Of a stretch of DNA of 40,000 bases, positions 34,787-40,000 are shown piece after piece. How positions within the stretch are numbered: the first letter of the stretch is position 1; every line of letters starts with the position of its first letter. The notes below the pieces were generated by a model, which did not search any database, was not told where the DNA came from, and was given only the letters and a program-made list of their open reading frames with translations. The stretch spans positions 1 through 40,000 of the forward strand of contig JAGFJL010000047.1 of the NCBI GenBank assembly GCA_024102725.1, given 5' to 3'. Position numbers and translations under genes: made by a program. Origin of the DNA: Nitrococcus mobilis (GTDB lineage Bacteria > Pseudomonadota > Gammaproteobacteria > Nitrococcales > Nitrococcaceae).

Positions 34787-36652
34787 GTGAGCACCGCGAC
34801 CCAACGCTACGAGTTTCCCTGGCGTCCCAACTACGAACGCATCAGCGCGCTTGGCTGGGCGGCGGGCACGGTCGCCAGCGCCGCCATCTGGGCGCACGCA
34901 ACGCTGCCGACAGCGCCGTTCGCGTTGATGACCAGTCTCGGCGCGGTGATGTGCATCCTGCGCGCCGGGCAGGCGCTGCGTCAGAGCCACCGCTTCGCCC
35001 AGCTGCGGAACACTAAAGCTTTGACGATCACTCGTGCCAAGCTGCAACGCATTCTGGCTCGCCGTCTTGAACGGCTCCGGCCAGGGCGCGGTCTCGCTCG
35101 CCACCGCGATATTGTCTGGTTAGGACGCGGCTTTAACTGGCGCGCCGAGCACGCCCAGCTCGCCCACGAGGTCCGCCAGGCGGGCCTTGAATCAAATCTC
35201 AAGTCGGTGCGTGACGAGAACGATCCGTACAAGGTGGGCGCCCACTGGATACACGGGCTGGCCCGCGAGAAGCCGGTCGAGGCGCCGCTTGGTATCCTCT
35301 CCGGTCAAACGCTGATCGTCGGCACCACTGGCGCCGGCAAAACGCGCGCGTTCGAGACGTTGATCACTCAGGCGGTGCTGCGCGGCGAGCCCGTAATCGT
35401 GCTCGACCCCAAGGGTGATAAGGATCTCTGCGAGACGATGCGCCGTGCCTACGAGCACGTGGGTCAGGCCGGAAAGTTCGTTTACTTCCACCCCGCGCAT
35501 CCGGAAACCAGCGCGCGCATCGACCCGCTGCACAACTGGAACCGACCCACCGAGCTGGCTTCGCGGATCGCCGCAATCATCGCCTCCGAGGGCAGCATGG
35601 ACCCGTTCGTGGCGTTCTCCTGGAAGGCACTGAACGATGTGGTCCAGGGGCTGCTGGCGATCGACTCGCGCCCGAACCTCGTCTCGCTGCGCCAGTACAT
35701 CGAAGGCGGGGTGGAGACGCTAGTTGCCGAGGCGCTGCGACGCTTTCTGGACGAGCACGACGAGGGCTGGGCGGAGGGCATTCGCTCGCGTTTGGGCAAG
35801 GTGCGACAGCGCGGTGGCGAGACGAGTGTGATCGTTGACTACTACAAGGAGCGCACCCACGGCTCGCGCCCGGCCATTACGCCCTCGCAGGCGCTCAACG
35901 GTCTGGTGGGCTCCTACGAGCATAACCGCGAGCACTTCCAGAAGATGATCGCCACCTTGGTGCCCACGATGTCGATGCTCACCAGCGGCGATCTCACCGG
36001 CCTTCTCTCGCCGGCACCGGACCCGGACGATCCGCGTCCGATCACGAACATGACCAAGATCATCAATGCGGGGCAGGGCGCCTACGTCGGCCTCGACTCG
36101 CTGGCCGACTCGACGGTGGCGAGCGCCATCGGCTCGATTCTGATGGCTGATCTCACCGCGGTCGCCGCCGACCGCTACAACTACGGTGTCTCCGATGTCG
36201 GCATCAACGTCTACCTGGACGAGGCCGCCGAGGTCATCAACCAGCCGACCATCATGCTGTTGAACAAGGGTCGCGGCGGCAAGTTTTGCCTGACCATCGC
36301 CACGCAGACTTTCGCCGACTTCGCGGCCCGCCTCGGCAACGAAGCCAAGGCGCGTCAGGTGCTGGGCAACACCAACAACCTGATCGCGTTGCGCACTATT
36401 GATGCGGAGACACAGAAATACGTGGAAGAACAGCTCGACGAGGTGGCTCTGACCACCCTCTCGCGCGACTACCGCACCTCCGCGGGCGTCGACGAGCCGA
36501 CCGCCTTCGACGGCGCCTACTCGGAGTCCATCAAGTCGGAGACCGGTGCGCTGTTCGCCGCGAGCATGCTGGGCAAGCTGCCCAACATGCACTACCTGGC
36601 ACGGCTGACCGGCGGGCGCATCGTCAAGGGGCGCTTCCCGATACTGCAATAG
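34787..36652 (+). CDS. traD: type IV coupling protein TraD (SXT/TOL-type)
   Basis: GTG start with GGAG 5 nt upstream. N-terminus YEFPWRPNYE, followed by two TM segments. Walker A LIVGTTGAGKTRAFE. Walker B VYLDEAAEV. Confidence 0.85.
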   Translation: MSTATQRYEFPWRPNYERISALGWAAGTVASAAIWAHATLPTAPFALMTSLGAVMCILRAGQALRQSHRFAQLRNTKALTITRAKLQRILARRLERLRPGRGLARHRDIVWLGRGFNWRAEHAQLAHEVRQAGLESNLKSVRDENDPYKVGAHWIHGLAREKPVEAPLGILSGQTLIVGTTGAGKTRAFETLITQAVLRGEPVIVLDPKGDKDLCETMRRAYEHVGQAGKFVYFHPAHPETSARIDPLHNWNRPTELASRIAAIIASEGSMDPFVAFSWKALNDVVQGLLAIDSRPNLVSLRQYIEGGVETLVAEALRRFLDEHDEGWAEGIRSRLGKVRQRGGETSVIVDYYKERTHGSRPAITPSQALNGLVGSYEHNREHFQKMIATLVPTMSMLTSGDLTGLLSPAPDPDDPRPITNMTKIINAGQGAYVGLDSLADSTVASAIGSILMADLTAVAADRYNYGVSDVGINVYLDEAAEVINQPTIMLLNKGRGGKFCLTIATQTFADFAARLGNEAKARQVLGNTNNLIALRTIDAETQKYVEEQLDEVALTTLSRDYRTSAGVDEPTAFDGAYSESIKSETGALFAASMLGKLPNMHYLARLTGGRIVKGRFPILQ

Positions 36653-36662
36653 AGATGCTCCC

Positions 36663-37208
36663 ATGAGGCGACAGACCAATTCCGAGCTCACCCTGTCCGC
36701 GGCCGCTCGCCACGCCGCCCGTCGCGCTCGCGTGCTCACGCGCCACCATCATCTGCTCACGACCTGCCCGCCGGCCGCCGCGGTCATCAACCGGGTGGCC
36801 GGTTGCCTGGGCGAGGAGCTGTGCCCGCCGGGTGAAGGCGAACCGCTGCTGGTGCGCTGCTGGAGGCTTGGCGCCCGGCGTCTGCGCGCCGCTGAGCGCA
36901 GGCCCGGCACCAACGACCCCGGCTACCTTGTTATCGCACTTCAAACTGTGCTGACTCCGCTCGATGCGGCGCTGAGGCTTCGCGTCGCCGCGCCCGATGG
37001 CGCTATCTGGGTGCCTGAGGACGAGCGGTGCTGGGAGTACTGGCGAGAACGTCACCCCGGAGCGCTTCAGTTTACTGCCTGCGAGCCGGTCGATCCGGAT
37101 GCCCACAACGAGCGCCTCGTGCGGCTCGAACGCTGGGCGCTCGGCCCGCGGTTCACGCACAGCATCAAGGCAACGGCGGGATGGCCCAACGTCACGGCCA
37201 CGGAATAG
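36663..37208 (+). CDS. hypothetical protein between traD and the traJ-like gene
   Basis: 181-aa ORF starting 10 nt after the traD stop and overlapping the next gene by 28 nt. The C-terminal half (GYLVIALQTVLTPLDAALRLRV...WVPEDERCWEYWRERHPGALQF) looks protein-like. The N-terminal third is Arg/Ala-rich and could be a high-GC artefact. Confidence 0.45.
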   Translation: MRRQTNSELTLSAAARHAARRARVLTRHHHLLTTCPPAAAVINRVAGCLGEELCPPGEGEPLLVRCWRLGARRLRAAERRPGTNDPGYLVIALQTVLTPLDAALRLRVAAPDGAIWVPEDERCWEYWRERHPGALQFTACEPVDPDAHNERLVRLERWALGPRFTHSIKATAGWPNVTATE

Positions 37209-37813
37209 CGGTTGGTCTCTTTATCACCGGCGCGATCGTTATCGAGCTGGCGGTGCTTCTGCTGTTCGTGCCCAGTGCGCGGGTTGCTCAATACAATGCC
37301 AACGAGCGCGCGGCCGTGGCCGCCGATCTGGGGCTGAGTGCCGAAGCCCGCGTGCGAGCAAACGCGAAAACCTGGTACCGGGTGACACTGATCGAGCCTG
37401 GGTTTGTCGCCGCGCTAAATGAATATCTGTTCCAGGCCGGATCGCCGAAGTCAGTGACCGACTACAGCGCGACGAACTATGTGCGCGACCGCCTCGCTAC
37501 GTTCTGGCGCTCGATCTATGCGGTCTACTACCGCCTCGCGCTCATCTGGCTGTGGGTCCCCTATCTGCTCCCCCTCATCCTCCCGACGCTGATCGATGCC
37601 GTCCAGGCGCGGCGCGTGCGCCAGTGGCGCTTCAGCTATGTCTCACCGCTCATACGCGCGCTGGCCACGAAGACGAAGTGGCTGATCGCCACTACGCTCG
37701 GCGCGGCGCTGTTGCTCCCGCTGCACGTGCCGGCGCTAGCCTACCCTTTTCTGTTCGGTGTGCTGATGCTGGCGAACTGGGTGTGGGTGGCGAACTTGCA
37801 GAAGAGGATTTAG
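37181..37813 (+). CDS. ICE membrane protein, DUF4400 / TraJ(s043)-like
   Basis: I take the start at MAQRHGHGIAVGLFITGAIVIELAVLLLFVP. Four predicted TM segments. Its position between traD and traL matches s043/traJ of SXT. Confidence 0.65.
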   Translation: MAQRHGHGIAVGLFITGAIVIELAVLLLFVPSARVAQYNANERAAVAADLGLSAEARVRANAKTWYRVTLIEPGFVAALNEYLFQAGSPKSVTDYSATNYVRDRLATFWRSIYAVYYRLALIWLWVPYLLPLILPTLIDAVQARRVRQWRFSYVSPLIRALATKTKWLIATTLGAALLLPLHVPALAYPFLFGVLMLANWVWVANLQKRI

Positions 37814-38253
37814 GAACTAGGGCGCCGTCGAACGCGCCATAATAGCCGTTCCGCTACGCCGGGCCTTGAGCCAGCGAAGAGAGGGCAGTGCCGACTTCGC
37901 CCAGAGTTTCCCGTCACGCAAGCAGGCGCTGATTGCCGCTGTCTGTCAGAGCCCTGCCGAGCTCGAATATGTGAGCTGGGTGGGACGCATCATGATTATC
38001 TACGAGTTGCCGCTCCCCGATGCGGCCGATGCGCGCGATCAATCAGGCCGCGCTGCGCTGCCCGGCTAGCGTGCGCTCGGTGCGCGATCCGTGTTCAGCA
38101 TGACGCCGGCCTGCATAGCATACGGCCCTCGAGTCCCAAAACCCCGCACCAGCACCGCCGTGTTTCGGCCCTTATACCGGGTGGGCACGCGTGATACTGG
38201 CTCGCACCGCCTATTCGACCGCCACCGGAGGCAGGCCCGTGAGCCAGCAGGAC

Positions 38254-38526
38254 ATGCCATTGCCCAGAACCCTCGATGATCCGCCTCAGCTCATTCTCTG
38301 GAGCGCCGACGAGCTGATACCGCTCATGAGCTGTATCGGCATCGGCATTCTCACCGCGCATTTCTTCCTCATGCTTGCGGTAGGCATCGTGCTCTGGCGG
38401 TTGTTGCGCCGCTACAAGGATAGCCGCCCGGACGGCTATCTGCTGCACATGGTCTACTGGACCGGCCTGCCTATCGGAAAGTCGCGGGTGTTCCCGAACC
38501 CGTTTCGCCGCCACTGGCACGGGTGA
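38254..38526 (+). CDS. traL: TraL, F-type T4SS protein
   Basis: MPLPRTLDDPPQLILWSADELIPLMSCIGIGILTAHFF, i.e. the TraL LDDPP..l.w..dE motif plus a TM segment. An alternative GTG start at 38239 has GGAGG 7 nt upstream. Confidence 0.8.
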   Translation: MPLPRTLDDPPQLILWSADELIPLMSCIGIGILTAHFFLMLAVGIVLWRLLRRYKDSRPDGYLLHMVYWTGLPIGKSRVFPNPFRRHWHG

Positions 38527-38536
38527 GGGGGTAGCC

Positions 38537-39112
38537 ATGGACTTTGGCAAGTTCAAGATCCGCCTCAGTAGCTCTCAGACCGAAAACCGTTGGCTGCGTT
38601 GGGTAGCGCTGGGGCTGCTGGTGGCCAACGTCGTGTTGGCCGTGGCCGTATTCTCCGTGCGCACCGTGGTGACGATCCAGCCGCCCGGGCTCAACGAGGC
38701 CGTTCGTATCACACAGAACGAGGCCAACGCTGCCTATAAGAAGGCGTGGGGCCTATTCGTCGCCAACCTGCTCGGCAACGTCAAGCCCGGCAGCGCGGAC
38801 TTCATCGTCGCCGCACTCACACCGCTTCTCGCCTCCGATCTCTATCGCCCGGTGGTCGACGCCATCCGCAACCAGGCGGCGAAGATCGACCGGGCACGGG
38901 TGGCGACGACGTTCACCGCCCACAAGGTGCTCTACGACCCCAAGACCGACACGGTCTACGTCAGAGGTCGCCAGACCAGCGCCGGCCCCGGCTCCGATTC
39001 GGTCACCGACGATCGCACCTATGAGCTGGTCGTCTCGATCCGCGGCTACAAGCCCGTGATCTCCGAATTCAAGGTCTACTCTGAGGCGCCGCGTCTGGAG
39101 GAAAATTCATAA
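38537..39112 (+). CDS. traE: TraE, F-type T4SS protein
   Basis: RBS GAGGGGG. An N-terminal TM segment (WLRWVALGLLVANVVLAVAVF) is followed by TVVTIQPPGL...AYKKAWGLFVANLLGNV. Gene order is traL-traE-traK. Confidence 0.8.
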   Translation: MDFGKFKIRLSSSQTENRWLRWVALGLLVANVVLAVAVFSVRTVVTIQPPGLNEAVRITQNEANAAYKKAWGLFVANLLGNVKPGSADFIVAALTPLLASDLYRPVVDAIRNQAAKIDRARVATTFTAHKVLYDPKTDTVYVRGRQTSAGPGSDSVTDDRTYELVVSIRGYKPVISEFKVYSEAPRLEENS

Positions 39113-40000
39113 TGGTGCGATCCCGTCCGAATCGCTCCCGCGCGATTGCCTTCGCCGCGTTGCTCGCTATCCCCGGTGCCGCCACGGCGGGCGGTGCCAC
39201 GCCCGCCGTCGGGAGCGGAACCGTGGAGAGCCCGGAGTTGCCCGACGTCACGCTTCCCGCGGTCGAAACGCGAGAGCCGCCGACATCCACGTCCGCCCCC
39301 GACACGGGCGAGGATCACGCGCAGCCAATGACGCAGACGCGCCAGACGCTCGTGCTCGTTCCAGGTGCCAATCAGATCATCCCCATCGCCAGGGGGCATC
39401 TCAATCGGATCATCACGCCTTTCGCCCACCCGGTAGTGCACACGACCTCGCGGGCGAAGATCAGCGCCGTGGCTAACGTGCTCTACGTCGCCACCCAGGC
39501 CGAGGCTCCAACCGCGCTGTATGTCAGCCCGCGGGGCCACCAGGACGTGGCGCTCTCACTGACTCTTCTGCCGCGCTCAATCCCGCCGCGCGTGCTCCGA
39601 CTGCGCCTTGCCGATAGGGCGGCCGCCGCGACGGGGCAGGCGTACCAAAGCGCACCCCGTGCCGGTGACTGGGAGCGTGCCAGCCCCTATGTGGAGACCA
39701 TCGAGTCGGCGCTGCGCCGGCTTGCCCTTGGCAAGGTACCGCCGGGCTATGGGATGCGGTCCTGGCGAGCGGGCGACCCCGCGATGGCCTGCGTGGAGCC
39801 CGGCATCGATGTGGAGGCCGGCCAGACGCTGCCGGGCTCAAGTCTCATCCTGCTGGTGGGCGTGGCCACGAATAGAACCGATGAGCGCCTAGAAATTGAC
39901 GAGGCAAGCTGCCGCTACCCGGGGCTGCTGGCGGTGGCGGCCTGGCCGCGGGCGAGTCTGGCGCCCGGCGAGCACACCGAGCTCTATATGGTGGTGCGCC
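39112..40000 (+). CDS. traK: TraK, F-type T4SS secretin-like protein, 3' end outside the window
   Basis: This ORF is absent from the ORF track because no stop falls inside the window. The ATG at 39112 overlaps the traE stop (TAATG). I translated it by hand to nt 40000 without a stop. Signal peptide MVRSRPNRSRAIAFAALLAIPGAATA. Motif LVLVPGANQIIPIARGHLNRIITPF. Confidence 0.75.
   Translation, partial: MVRSRPNRSRAIAFAALLAIPGAATAGGATPAVGSGTVESPELPDVTLPAVETREPPTSTSAPDTGEDHAQPMTQTRQTLVLVPGANQIIPIARGHLNRIITPFAHPVVHTTSRAKISAVANVLYVATQAEAPTALYVSPRGHQDVALSLTLLPRSIPPRVLRLRLADRAAAATGQAYQSAPRAGDWERASPYVETIESALRRLALGKVPPGYGMRSWRAGDPAMACVEPGIDVEAGQTLPGSSLILLVGVATNRTDERLEIDEASCRYPGLLAVAAWPRASLAPGEHTELYMVVR

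Noticed and set aside
35720-36739. 339-aa minus-strand ORF antisense to traD
   Set aside because: The opposite strand carries traD with Walker A/B motifs. The antisense translation has no motifs and a biased composition.
1-40000. CRISPR arrays, rRNA or tRNA genes
   Set aside because: No spaced direct repeats and no tRNA- or rRNA-like sequences were seen on either strand. The only tandem repeat is the heptamer at 18011-18045.

Overview
High-GC proteobacterial accessory DNA that reads as the cargo region plus the start of the transfer module of an SXT/R391-type integrative conjugative element (ICE).

Right end, 31.6-40 kb:
- Lipoprotein, MobH/HD relaxase traI, coupling protein traD, an extra ORF, a DUF4400-type traJ/s043 analogue, traL, traE, and traK, which runs off the window.

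Cargo upstream of traI, about 31 kb:
1. 1-6.9 kb, + strand: a four-gene operon of RecQ-like helicase (5' end outside the window), a 297-aa protein, a 1102-aa P-loop NTPase and a 236-aa helical protein.
2. 7.0-15.7 kb, - strand: a translationally coupled pair, a Cas4-like Fe-S PD-(D/E)xK nuclease (765 aa) and a 2144-aa double helicase (SF1 + SF2 + DUF1998-type Cys cluster).
3. 15.8-19.6 kb: a nest of four broken IS elements.
4. 19.6-25.6 kb, visibly lower GC: a Dpd-type 7-deazaguanine DNA-modification module. It holds TGT-like DpdA flanked by two paralogous DGQHR/DpdB-like proteins and a DpdC-candidate. Divergent from it are queC (internally deleted), queE (frameshifted) and queD (intact).
5. 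25.9-30 kb: debris, comprising an IS3 remnant invaded by a decayed group II intron, an orphan HTH antitoxin, a tyrosine-recombinase remnant and a frameshifted SDR.
6. 30.4-31.3 kb: a low-GC two-gene cassette of a PH-domain membrane protein and a zinc-ribbon protein.

Most interesting: the two helicase/nuclease/NTPase operons at 1-15.7 kb. They are either a divergent restriction half of a Dpd system or an undescribed defence system brought next to the dpd module by IS-mediated rearrangement.

Limits: all calls come from motif reading by eye. No database search was possible. Dpd letter assignments other than DpdA and the DGQHR proteins come from memory and are unverified.
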